This document shows positions 54,687-64,000 of a stretch of 64,000 nt of DNA, in pieces (position 1 is the stretch's first letter; every line of letters starts with the position of its first letter). Location: the NCBI GenBank assembly GCA_963770935.1, contig CAVYRJ010000008.1, positions 1 through 64,000 of the forward strand. Reading direction: 5' to 3'. The notes below the pieces were generated by a model. That model had not been told where the DNA came from and ran no database searches. It saw nothing but the letters and a program-made list of their open reading frames with translations. The DNA comes from Candidatus Bathyarchaeota archaeon. GTDB lineage: Archaea > Thermoproteota > Bathyarchaeia > Bathyarchaeales > Bathycorpusculaceae. Both the position numbers and the translations under genes were made by a program.

Positions 54687-54884
54687 CATCTCAGAAAAAA
54701 CTTTTGAAGTCTCTAGAATGCGTGTGATAACAAGCCTGTGATAGGTTTTTGGGCATTTGTTTTGGGGTGGTTTTTTTAAAAAAAGGCTATTTAATCTTTG
54801 GTAAAAAGTTCGCACATGAATATTTCCAAAAAAAGTGGAGTTTAACGGTTTCTCCGCTTTTATTTTTTCTTCCACTTAATTTTT

Positions 54885-55118
54885 TGCAGGTCAAGTCTGA
54901 GCCTTATTGTTGCGTACAGCCCACCTAAGCGATGTCTTTGACCGCTGCAGATTTTATGCGCCGTTTTGAACCTGCAACTCAAAGCTAAGGTGCCACAACA
55001 CTATGCATGTTCAGCCCACTGAGGCAAAGTCTTAGTCGCGCACTAATATTTCGCTGTTTGAATCAGCACGCATCTATGCCTCAATGCATTGCATCTAAAG
55101 CTTGCTCCTTGACCTGCA
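54885..55118 (-). ncRNA. Novel structured RNA closed by an 11-bp terminal stem and a canonical BHB motif; predicted ~205-nt excised/circular RNA (54897-55101)
   Basis: TGCAGGTCAAG/CTTGACCTGCA; 4-bp GAGC/GCTC helix with 3-nt purine bulges AAG and AGA; two long G-U-rich hairpins; no ORF. Confidence 0.75.
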
Positions 55119-55140
55119 TATTCTACTTATCACTATCTTC

Positions 55141-55156
55141 ATAATAAATATTGCGA
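55141..55156 (-). promoter_or_regulatory. Putative BRE/TATA for the BHB RNA
   Basis: CGCAATA-TTTATTAT located ~25-30 nt upstream of the RNA 5' stem. Confidence 0.5.
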
Positions 55157-55346
55157 CATTTGTGCTACATAATGAGACAAAAATGTCCCATTTGTAACAT
55201 AAGAATATATGCTGGGAAACTAAAAGAATCGCTGTGACCAGTTTTTTCATATAAAAAAGAAATTTCACATTTTGGCAATTGAAAAATGTGTTATTTAGAA
55301 TTGGGTCGCGGTTTTGGTTGTTCAGTTTTCTTTATTTTTGAGGATC

Positions 55347-55511
55347 TTGGTTACTTCCACAAGCAGCATTGTTACAAGAACCGACGTTAAGAACGTGGTA
55401 GAACGTTATAGAACCATGCCAGGTTTGGGAAGCTACGACACAAGAATGGACTTCAACAATAACTACGGAGCAGAAATCGCTGAAATCTCAACAGTTGCCG
55501 CCAAGATGTAA
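55347..55511 (+). CDS. Small hypothetical protein (~54 aa)
   Basis: GAGGA-preceded TTG start, followed by a T-rich terminator. Confidence 0.5.
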   Translation: MVTSTSSIVTRTDVKNVVERYRTMPGLGSYDTRMDFNNNYGAEIAEISTVAAKM

Positions 55512-55615
55512 GAAATTATGTGCCAAAATTTACCCTATTTTCTTTTGTTTTCTCTTGCTTCTAAACGGTTAAGTTAATACGTTTATTTTGCATAAGAAAT
55601 CTTTAGTGGCTAACG

Positions 55616-55798
55616 ATGGCTAACAAAGGAAAAAGTAGTGCAGCAACTGATACGCCCAAAGAAGTAGCGTTACCCTGTGGTTGCGTATACCAGGATAAAG
55701 GTTGGATGCTTACCCGAAGCAGCGAATGCGAATACCATAAACGAAAAAGAACCACAAAGCGTCCGTACAGGCCTAAAGCTGAATGCGTAAGACCATAA
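55616..55798 (+). CDS. Small basic putative Zn-binding protein
   Basis: LPCGC...CEYH; ATG start. Confidence 0.5.
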   Translation: MANKGKSSAATDTPKEVALPCGCVYQDKGWMLTRSSECEYHKRKRTTKRPYRPKAECVRP

Positions 55799-55983
55799 AA
55801 AGGAAATGCTACATTCGCGTTTTTTTTTAGTTAATGGTTAATCAAGTAATCGTTTGATTTACATCTATTTTGAGGGGTCCAAGCAGCGAAACAAGTGCTC
55901 AAGCAAACTATTGACACCTTAGAATCCTTTTGTTGCAAGTTTTCCACAATCCATTTAACCATCAAAACCAATTCCTAAGCACC

Positions 55984-57080
55984 ATGACATTTCCCCAATC
56001 GTCTCCTGCACTTAAGACGCAAAGTTCCGCAAAAAGAATCCTAAAAATTCTCCTTCAAGTAGTATTCATGGTTGCTATTTTCGCCGCTTTGCTTTGGTAT
56101 GTCGGAATAGGTTCACTGTATGATGCATTACTCACCATAAAGGCGAGTACTTGCTTCTTGCTTTTCTAATGTATTTTGGAATAAATCTCCTCTTTACTGT
56201 AAGGCTCAGACGCGTCCTAAGCAAAGACGGAGTAAAAACGTCTTTTGGAAAAACACTTCTTGCCCAATATGCAGGAATGTTAACCAGCGATGTAACCCCC
56301 GGACGCTCAGGATACATCCTAACTCCAGTTTACCTACGAGACCAAAATGTGCCTGCGTCAAAAGGTCTTTCAAGTATTTTAGGTATACAAACCATAGAGT
56401 TTTTAGTGAAAGTAATCGGTGGAGTAGGCGCAGTAATTTATTTAGTCACATATGTACCTACAGCGACGTGGAATGAATTATTTCCCCAAACAGTTGCAGG
56501 GATAAATGTGGGGTTGCTAGTCGCGGGATTAGGTATAGCGTTAATGCTTGTAGGAGCTATTGTGCTCGCGCTTTTCACGTGGTCCCAGAGAGCCATTTCA
56601 GTTTTTGACCGCATCGCAAATTCCAGATACCTTAAAAGGTTTACAGGCGGCTTGATGGGGAAACTTGGAGAATACAAAGAAAGCTCCCATAGTACCCGAA
56701 GAGCTATTCCGGAGATAATTATCTTAACATTCGCATGTTGGCTTCTGAAAGGCTTGGAATGGTACTTCCTTGGGTTAGCGTTAGGAATTATCCATATACC
56801 TTGGATAGCTTACTTTTTGATTCACCCGTTAGTGACAGCATTAGCATTTGTCCCTATAACCCCCGCTGGAGCTGGCGTGCAAGAATTTGGAATCATCGGA
56901 ATCCTTGGACTTCTCGGAGTTGCGGCTGGCCCCGCAGGCGTATTTGCATTGCTTGCTCGCGGATTACTCATCTTTGAAGACCTCGTAGGAATACCCCAAA
57001 TTGTAAAATCTACAAGCCTAATCATTACACACAAAAAACCTCAAGAAACAACACTGCCGCCCTCAGCACCGCCACTTTAA
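55984..57080 (+). CDS. Lysylphosphatidylglycerol-synthase TM / UPF0104 flippase-like protein (frameshift near 56145)
   Basis: SDVTPGRSG, PITPAGAGVQE. Confidence 0.85.
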
Positions 57081-57274
57081 CCAGACGTCTTCTCTAAGAC
57101 AACTTTTTTCTTTTCGACAACTAATAGTCAGTCCCGTAAAAACCTTTGATAACTAAGCACTAAATAACACGTTGGTAGCATTATTTTTCTTGAATATGAA
57201 AGGCAGTAATTGATCAAAATAAATTAAGGAATTAAAGGGACTGAGCATTTAGTTATCAAAGGGAGCAGCCCAAA

Positions 57275-57765
57275 GTGAACATTAAACCAACAATAATGCA
57301 AGCTACAATGGATGATCGGGCACAACTAAAAGTAATAATTGGCTTGTGGTTTCCAAGGTTCTTCAGATACTTTGCAAGCAACAGTCTAAATTCAGAAGAA
57401 GGAAAAGTGCGCGTAGCCGTAACTCAGGGCGCAATCTCGGGTTTTGCTAAACTCATCAAATTCAATGTAGGTCTAAGCAAATATGGCTGTGTTCTCTGGA
57501 TTGCGGTTCACCCTTCTTATCGGCGCAGAGGAATTGCTCTTAGCTTTAACAAACGCAGGTACAGAATACCTGAAAAGAGATGGACACAAGCGGTTTTTGC
57601 TTCCACCCAGAGAAAAAATACCACTGATTTGGCGACATTGGGCAAAGCAAGTTTTAGGCGGATAGGTTTTGTGGGTTTATGGCGAGCGTTTGGTTGGCGT
57701 GTATTTAGCTTTTACCGTGAGATTTGGTATGCCCAGGCGAAATAGTATTGATGAAGAATTTTTAA
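57275..57765 (+). CDS. GNAT family acetyltransferase (frameshifted or possibly decaying)
   Basis: WIAVHPSYRRRGIA acetyl-CoA binding motif. Confidence 0.75.
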
Positions 57766-57774
57766 GAAGTTAGT

Positions 57775-57928
57775 TGGTCGGGAGAGCAGGATTTGAACCT
57801 GCGACAGCTCGGTATCTGTGGCCTAGACAGGCTAGAATGAAGCCTACCATGGGTAGACCTCTACAGCTTCTCCACCAGCTAAGCGTGTTAGCCGGCTCGA
57901 GAGCTCTGCCAGGCTGAGCTACCTCCCG
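57775..57928 (-). tRNA. tRNA-Tyr(GTA) with two BHB introns (30/31: 57868-57897; 37/38: 57814-57860)
   Basis: C1:G72 and A73; removing 30 + 47 nt gives a 77-nt cloverleaf with anticodon arm CTCGG-CTGTAGA-CCGAG. Confidence 0.92.
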
Positions 57929-58049
57929 ACAAAGACCATAAAGACAAAAGATTGGAATTTATGTGTTTTGGAATTGCTTTAACGTTCTATGTACTAAAAG
58001 TTTTAATCTTTTAGTTATAGTGATTCTAACTAAAAGAGGCGCAGTTAAA

Positions 58050-59015
58050 ATGGCAAAGACTATCGGCATTGTTACTTCGGGAGGAGACGCACCAGGCATG
58101 AACGCAGCCATCCGCGCAGTAACGCGTGTTGGGTACTCGATGGGTTTCCAAGTAATTGGGTTTGAACGCGGCTGGGATGGACTGCTATCTAATTCTTTCA
58201 AAAAGTTAACTCCGCGCAGCGTCGGCGGCATAATCCAGCTTGGAGGCACAATACTTCATACTTTGAGGTGCCCTGCATTCGAGCAGCCTGGCGGCGTTGA
58301 AACAGGCGCAGAAACCCTGCGAGAAAACAATGTAGATGCCTTAGTAGTCATTGGCGGTGACGGTTCGTTTCGGGGAGCGTTGGCTCTGGGCAAGAAAAGT
58401 GACGCTTTATTGCTTGGTATTCCAGCAACCATCGACAACGACGTTTACGGCACGGATGAAACAATCGGCTTTGACACAGCAGTTAACACAGCTGTGGGCA
58501 CTATCGACAAAATCAGGGACACAGCGATTTCTCACGAACGGATTTTTATTGTTGAGGTTATGGGTCGCAAAAGAGGCTTTTTGGCGCTGGAAGTGGGAAT
58601 GTGTGTGGGCGCTGAAGTAATTTTGATTCCAGAAAAACCCCTTGGCTTAACGGATATAGTAAGCATTATGGATAATAACTCCAAAAAAGGCAAAAGAGCA
58701 GGCATAATCGTTGCCGCCGAAGGACACGGTGACTCAAGCAAATTGGCACAGGAAATGCAGCAACAAACAGAATCCGAAGTTAGGCTATCCATACTTGGCT
58801 ATGCACAGCGTGGCGGAAGCCCGACTGCCCGTAGTAGGTTGTTGGCTAGTTTGTTTGCTGAGAGAGCGGTTGAATTGATTTGCGAAGGAAAAGGCAATAT
58901 GGCTGTTGGGTTGGAGAAGGGCGCAGTCGCCAACATTGAGCTTGGCTTGGCTGCAAATAATCGGAAGCGTTTGGATTTGCGGTTGTTAAAAGTAGCAGAA
59001 ATGCTCTCGATCTAA
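58050..59015 (+). CDS. pfkA: ATP-dependent 6-phosphofructokinase (bacterial PfkA type)
   Basis: TSGGDAPGMNAAIR, GGDGS, PATIDND, EVMGR, LGYAQRGG. Confidence 0.95.
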   Translation: MAKTIGIVTSGGDAPGMNAAIRAVTRVGYSMGFQVIGFERGWDGLLSNSFKKLTPRSVGGIIQLGGTILHTLRCPAFEQPGGVETGAETLRENNVDALVVIGGDGSFRGALALGKKSDALLLGIPATIDNDVYGTDETIGFDTAVNTAVGTIDKIRDTAISHERIFIVEVMGRKRGFLALEVGMCVGAEVILIPEKPLGLTDIVSIMDNNSKKGKRAGIIVAAEGHGDSSKLAQEMQQQTESEVRLSILGYAQRGGSPTARSRLLASLFAERAVELICEGKGNMAVGLEKGAVANIELGLAANNRKRLDLRLLKVAEMLSI

Positions 59016-59048
59016 CCATTCTTTCGGGTTTTTTCTAAGTTTTCAAGT

Positions 59049-59265
59049 TTACAGCAGTGACTCGTAGATTTTGGAATGTTTCCTCGGCAACTTTTCGTCA
59101 AGTGAAGTATTCAAGCACTCTTCGCCGGCCATTTTCGCCCCAATTCTTGGCTTTCTCAGGATTCCTTAATGTTTCTTTTACGCCCCAAGCTAAGTCCTCT
59201 GGATCTTCACCGTTAATATGAATACTATTCTGGTCAACGCCGCCGTTCACAACTTGTTCTTTAAA
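59049..59265 (-). pseudogene. C-terminal fragment of a GT4 glycosyltransferase
   Basis: FKEQVV...DPEDLAWGVKETL.NPEKAK.WGENGRRRVLEYFT*RKVAEET. Confidence 0.7.
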
Positions 59266-59650
59266 GCCTTTGTGTGGGATCGCCCTCGATTGAGTGGCAA
59301 CCCGCTAAACCAATGGCTGATTTGCTGAAGGCTAAATTGAACCAGTATCGTAACCAAGGAAAGATTAAGCCTTGCGCTCCAAAAGTTGTGGGCAAAAATG
59401 TTTGGTTTTTTGCACCTATTCAGGGCCGCACACGGGCATTGATGAGGCAACACCTGCGGGCAAAATCATGAGGCAGTACTTTGAACATTTCGGCTTTCAC
59501 GTACTTGGAGAATGGTATGTTCCGCGCGAGTTTCATGGACGAGAAGACATGGGCACTCAGGGTAGGTTCGGCGACATCCGAGGCAAACCGACGAATGGTG
59601 AGTTGGATAAAATTAAAAAGGATGCCCAACAAATAGCTAAGAGTTTGTAA
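59266..59650 (+). pseudogene. 5'-truncated flavodoxin-like protein
   Basis: VGSPS..W, VFCTYSGPHTG..EA, G..GDIRG.P...L; N-terminal S.TGNT motif missing. Confidence 0.7.
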
Positions 59651-59666
59651 TTAGAGTGGGATTGGT

Positions 59667-59948
59667 ATGACAAAGACTGTTGATTTGCCCCTGCGAGTTC
59701 ATGAGGATTTAGTTAAAGTTTCTGAGGAGCTATCTTTGATGGCTAAAAAACCCATTTCGCTGTCGATGGCTGTTGATTTGCTTATGGAGATTTACCGCGC
59801 GTACCTCAACAACCCATGCGCGCTGGATGCATTTAGTCAACAACTAAGAAGCCTAAATATCATGCCCCCAGAAGAATTTGACAAGTACTGGGATGAACCA
59901 GCAAAAACCAAAAAAATAAAGCAAACAGCAAAAAACAAAAAAGGGTAA
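59667..59948 (+). CDS. Small RHH-like hypothetical protein
   Basis: Beta-helix-helix pattern TVDLPLRVHEDL...ISLSMAVDLL. Confidence 0.55.
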   Translation: MTKTVDLPLRVHEDLVKVSEELSLMAKKPISLSMAVDLLMEIYRAYLNNPCALDAFSQQLRSLNIMPPEEFDKYWDEPAKTKKIKQTAKNKKG

Positions 59949-60073
59949 CCCTATTTCAGCTTAACCTTAAAAGGTCAAAGTGTGCCCAAAAAATCCCAGC
60001 GATTTCCGCATGACCAAAAACCTTCTCTTAAAGTTTAAAGGCTTTTCTTTTCTATAATGTATTGGGATTGCTT

Positions 60074-62456
60074 GTGAAAGTATCTTTTTGGCTACTAGAC
60101 ATTAACCCTAAAATCGATGAGGACAAAGGCACACTTGAGATATGGCTGTGGGGAATCGATACATCAGGCAATCGAGTGCTCGTTGTTGACCGCAATTTTA
60201 TTGCTTATTTTTATGCTGTGGTGGCTGAAGGGGTTGATTCGTCGAAAGTTGCTGACTCAATCATGAACTGTTATGGCAAATCAATTGTGAAGGTAGAAGT
60301 TACCAAGCGTCGTTTTTTTGGCAAAACCGTGCAAGCAGTAAAGGTCTACTGCAAAGTCGCAACCGAAACAGGGAAACTTGCCAAGCAACTTCGAAGCATC
60401 GAAGGGGTGAAAGACTGCCTCGAAGACGACATTCGCGCCTCCATGAGATACTTAATTGATAACAACGTGACACCCTGCAGTTGGCATGAGGCGGATGTGG
60501 CAGAACAAGAAAACACCGAAGGGGTAAGAGTTGCCAAGGTTTATGCGGCTAAAACTCCGCCCAAGCAACTCGACAAAGTCGCGGTGCCGTCTTTGAGGAT
60601 TCTGGGTTTTTCAATGATTTGTTACAGTCGCGAGGGCTCACCTAAACCGGACCGCAATCCTGTCCTAATTATTTCCACCTCAGCTAGCAACGGAGAAACA
60701 AAGCAGTTCATCGTAAACGATGACAAAAACGACCAAACAGTAATTGAAGAATTCATCGCTTACATTTGCCAGTTTGACCCAGACATCATCGCAAGCTACG
60801 GCGCCAACACTAGTCGATTGGACTTATCTTCGAGGCAGAAGCCACAAGTTAAAATTGAAACTTGCCTTTGACAGAGCCAAACGGGAACCTCACACCAGCA
60901 TTTATGGGCACGTCTCCACAACCGGTACCGTAAACATTGACTTGGCAGACTTCATGGATGTGTTCCCCGAAGTTAAAGTGAAAACGCTTTGGAACCTTGC
61001 TGACCACTTAGGTGTCATGACAGAGCGTAAAAGTATAGTAGAGGATGTTGAGTTTGCGGATTACTGGGATAACAAACAAAAACGTGAAGAGTTAAAGCGG
61101 TTCGGTTTTGACAGCGCCTGCAAAGTTCAGGGTAGCGCGGCGTTGCTTTTGGATTTTGCCATGCAACTTTCCAGTTTGACTAGCTTGCCTTTAGATCACG
61201 TGATGACGGCTGCTGTGGGCTTCCGCGTGGAGTGGTTCCTAATCAAACAGGCGCAAAAAATCGGCGAGCTAATCCCCAAACGAATCGAGCAGCCCTACAG
61301 ACCTTATGCTGGGGGACTTGTGCTTTCTCCAAAGCCTGGTTTGCATGAGAACATCTCAGTTTTAGACTTCAAATCAATGTACCCAAATATCATGATAAAA
61401 TACAACCTCTCCCCAGACACCTACATTGCACCCGACGAGCCAGAACCAGCAGACGGAGCCTACGAAGCCCCCGAAGTAAAACATAAATTCTGTAAAGCAC
61501 CCCCTGGGTTCTACAAAGAAGCCCTTACATACCTAATCAACGTACGAGATACAATTCGTCAACGGATGAAGACCCTCAACCAAAAGACCGTTGAATATCG
61601 AATTTTGGATGCAAGGCAAAAAGCAGTCAAAATAATAACGAATGCTGCTTACGGTTATGCTGGCTGGATTGGGGCAAAATGGTATATTAAGCCTGTCGCT
61701 GAAGCTGCTTCCGCATGGGGCAGGCACGCCATTTTATCAGCTACAGAGATGGCTGAGAAAGCAGGTTTACGAGTTGTTTACGGCGATACAGATAGTTTAT
61801 TCCTAAATTATGACCAAACCAAAGTTCAAAAGTTGGTAGAAGAAATTAAACGGGAGCTAAAATTAGAAGTTGAAGTCGGAGAGGTCTACAGGCGTATTTT
61901 TTTTACGGAAGCTAAAAAACGCTATGCAGGCTTAAGGGAGGACGGCAGCCTTGACATCGTGGGCTTAGAGGTTATTCGCGGTGACTGGGCGGAAGTAGCT
62001 AAAAAAGTGCAGGAGCACGTTCTTGAAATAATTCTAAAAGGGCAGTCACCCAAGAAAGCAATTGATTACGTGCGTTCTGTGATTGCGGACTTGAAACACC
62101 GAAAAGTCCCCTTACATGACCTCATAATTTGGAAAACCCTCACAAAACCGCCTGAAGACTACGCAATAAAAGCGCCGCATGTTGAGGCATCAAAAATGCT
62201 CAAAGAAAAAGGCTGGCGACTAACCGGCGGCGACAAAGTAGGTTACGTAATCTTGATGGGCAAAGGACGTTTATACAGCCGAGTGAAACCTTACGTTTTT
62301 GCAAAATACGATGAATTAGATGTCGATTACTATATAACCAACCAGGTCCTGCCTGCAGCCGTAAGAATACTATCCTTCTTTGACGTAACAGAAGCTGAGC
62401 TGCTAAAAGAAACCAAAGACACAGAAGAAGTTACAAGCCTAATGGATTATGTTTAG
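60074..62456 (+). CDS. polB: Family B DNA polymerase (PolB3-like); +1 indel near 60811
   Basis: LDFKSMYPNIM, K...NAAYGY, YGDTDS, KKRYAG. Confidence 0.95.
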
Positions 62457-63634
62457 GCTGGCGGAATGGCGTCTTTGAACGTTATCAATTCAACATTTAG
62501 TACTGGCTTAACTGCTTCAGAGATGCGCGAGGCAACGATTCGTTTGATGTTCTTGTCGGCTGCGATGTCGACAATTCTCTGTGTGATGATGCCGTCAAAA
62601 ACAACTGTGTCAACGCCAGTTACCTGAGCAAGCTTCTCTGCTAGCTGGCTTACTGGTAGACGCTCGATTAATTCAAGTTTGTCGTTAAGCAAGACTGCTT
62701 CAAGGGTACCTACCAAAGCTTTTGCCGCTTGAGTAATGGTGTCTGGCACTTCAACTTTAACTCGTTCAGGCACCTGTACTACCTTCTTTGGAAGTGCTGG
62801 TGGCGCGGTTTTGCCGCCTGCTTCAGCGATCGGTAACTTGTTTTCTAGGGCTTCAGCGATTTCTTTGCAGTTGCATTCCTCAATTTCTTTACCTCTTGGT
62901 GCACGCCCGACAAACTTTACGTTTGTCACCTGCATGAGCTCTTTTAAGATCAAGTCGCCACCTCGGTCACCATCAAGCAACGCTATAGCAGGTCTTTCTT
63001 TTGTTATCTTCTTTATCGAGTCAGGAACCTTGGCGCCTTCAAGGGCAACAGTGTTAAAAATTCCACACCGCATCAAATTAATGACGTCAGCGCGTCCTTC
63101 AACAACGATGATTTCTTTAGCTCCATCCAATCCTGGTCCAGCAGGCAAATCTTCGGGTCCATACTTTTCTACTTTACCCACTTTCATAGTGTCGCTAATT
63201 TCTTTGTAAACCTCGTCTACGCTTGGCATGGATTCAATATTCCATCGGTGAAGAATTTCTTTGGCGCGGTCGATGATTATTTTTCGGCGTGCTTCCCGAA
63301 TGTCCTCGATTTTTTCAAGGGTTACTTTGGCTGAGCAGGGTCCGACACGGTTGATGCTCTCGACGCTGGCTGCGATTAGAGCTGTAGAAACGCGGTCTAA
63401 GCTGGTTGGAATTGTTATGGAACCAGTTGTTCGGTCGTTTTTTGAGTGCAAGTCAATTTCGATTCTACCAATACGTCCAGTTTTTTGGAGTTCTCGCAGG
63501 TCAAGTTCAGGGCCGAAAAGTCCTTCTGTTTGACCGAAAACTGCTCCTATAACGTCGGGTTTTTCAACTACACCTTCAATTTCAAATCTAGCATGTACAA
63601 CGTACTTTATAGTAAATGTTTGGGATGTTCCCGT
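62453..63634 (-). CDS. dnaG: Archaeal DnaG (primase-like, exosome-associated)
   Basis: GVVEKPDVIGAVFGQTEGL, ELQKTGRIGRI, VVEGRADV, DGDRGG, VFDGIITQR. Confidence 0.95.
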   Translation of the reverse strand, partial: TGTSQTFTIKYVVHARFEIEGVVEKPDVIGAVFGQTEGLFGPELDLRELQKTGRIGRIEIDLHSKNDRTTGSITIPTSLDRVSTALIAASVESINRVGPCSAKVTLEKIEDIREARRKIIIDRAKEILHRWNIESMPSVDEVYKEISDTMKVGKVEKYGPEDLPAGPGLDGAKEIIVVEGRADVINLMRCGIFNTVALEGAKVPDSIKKITKERPAIALLDGDRGGDLILKELMQVTNVKFVGRAPRGKEIEECNCKEIAEALENKLPIAEAGGKTAPPALPKKVVQVPERVKVEVPDTITQAAKALVGTLEAVLLNDKLELIERLPVSQLAEKLAQVTGVDTVVFDGIITQRIVDIAADKNIKRIVASRISEAVKPVLNVELITFKDAIPPA

Positions 63635-64000
63635 AAGTATGCAACTCCTATTGTAAGTTATATTCTGTCTGATTATGTTAATCGCACTATAGCGAGTTCT
63701 TCTCGCAATGATGAGATTTTGATTTATTACTAATTTAGAATTTAGCTGCATGCTTTCTAATAATACTTGTGGTTTATAGATTCTGGAACTAAATTCATAC
63801 TTTTCAGAATGTTGAAAGGATTTTCAGTTCCCTTTCTTTTTTTATTTCTAATCAGGTCAATTTTCCCCCGATAACTTGCTCAGGTGAAGTCAGAGAATTA
63901 ATTTCCCAAGAAAGAAGCGGCAAGGTCATTTATGCGCACTTTTAGAAATTGTCCCTTCGTAAAACTTTACTTGCTTAAACAATTGCAGATACTTTGCCAC

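Noticed and set aside
54885-55118. BHB RNA as SRP RNA, RNase P RNA, 5S rRNA, C/D guide, or cobalamin/TPP/fluoride riboswitch
   Set aside because: It lacks the SRP helix-8 motif, the RNase P P4 consensus, 5S motifs and a C box. Only the 3' GACCUGC resembles a B12 box, with no other core elements, and there is no credible downstream gene on that strand. A divergent H/ACA RNA cannot be fully excluded without a covariance search.
54860-55119. BHB element as an intron in a protein-coding mRNA starting at ATG 55119
   Set aside because: The spliced product reads ATG CAG GTC AAG GAG CAA ACT TGA, only 7 codons.
1-64000. Many split genes (tyrS, polB, amt x3, corA, kinase, pilin) as programmed frameshifts, mRNA BHB introns or mass pseudogenisation
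   Set aside because: The breaks I inspected (tyrS ~17800, polB ~60811) are single extra bases with no inserted segment or BHB, and they hit essential genes; long-read indel error is the simplest explanation.

Overview
Archaeal chromosome segment, most likely Bathyarchaeia (TACK). This is inferred from archaeal TyrRS, DnaG, PolB3, TFB, a single-OB SSB, a TackOD1 domain and a multi-intron tRNA. Many genes are split by single-base indels, most plausibly long-read consensus errors. Left to right: (1) the right end of a tRNA-integrated element (CheB-like gene, histidine kinase, solute-binding protein, wHTH/Rep-like genes), closed by a tRNA-Leu-like 3' att fragment and an integrase remnant; (2) an SGNH/acyltransferase-3/GT-C cassette present as a diverged ~2.7 kb tandem duplicate; (3) housekeeping genes (corA, toprim, tyrS); (4) a nitrogen-uptake locus with three amt genes, no glnK, two regulators and a repeated palindromic operator; (5) an AT-rich region with an Ig-repeat surface protein, a divergent TFB, a type IV pilus operon and two-component genes, ending at tRNA-Ala(CGC) with a decayed integrase; (6) ssb, tRNA-Tyr with two BHB introns, pfkA, an apparently proofreading-dead polB, and dnaG. 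The most striking unannotated signal is a free-standing ~234-nt structured RNA gene at 54885-55118 (- strand). It has its own TATA-like box, and its ends form a canonical bulge-helix-bulge. This predicts excision of a ~205-nt circular RNA made of two pseudo-symmetric hairpins with complementary loop and bulge motifs.
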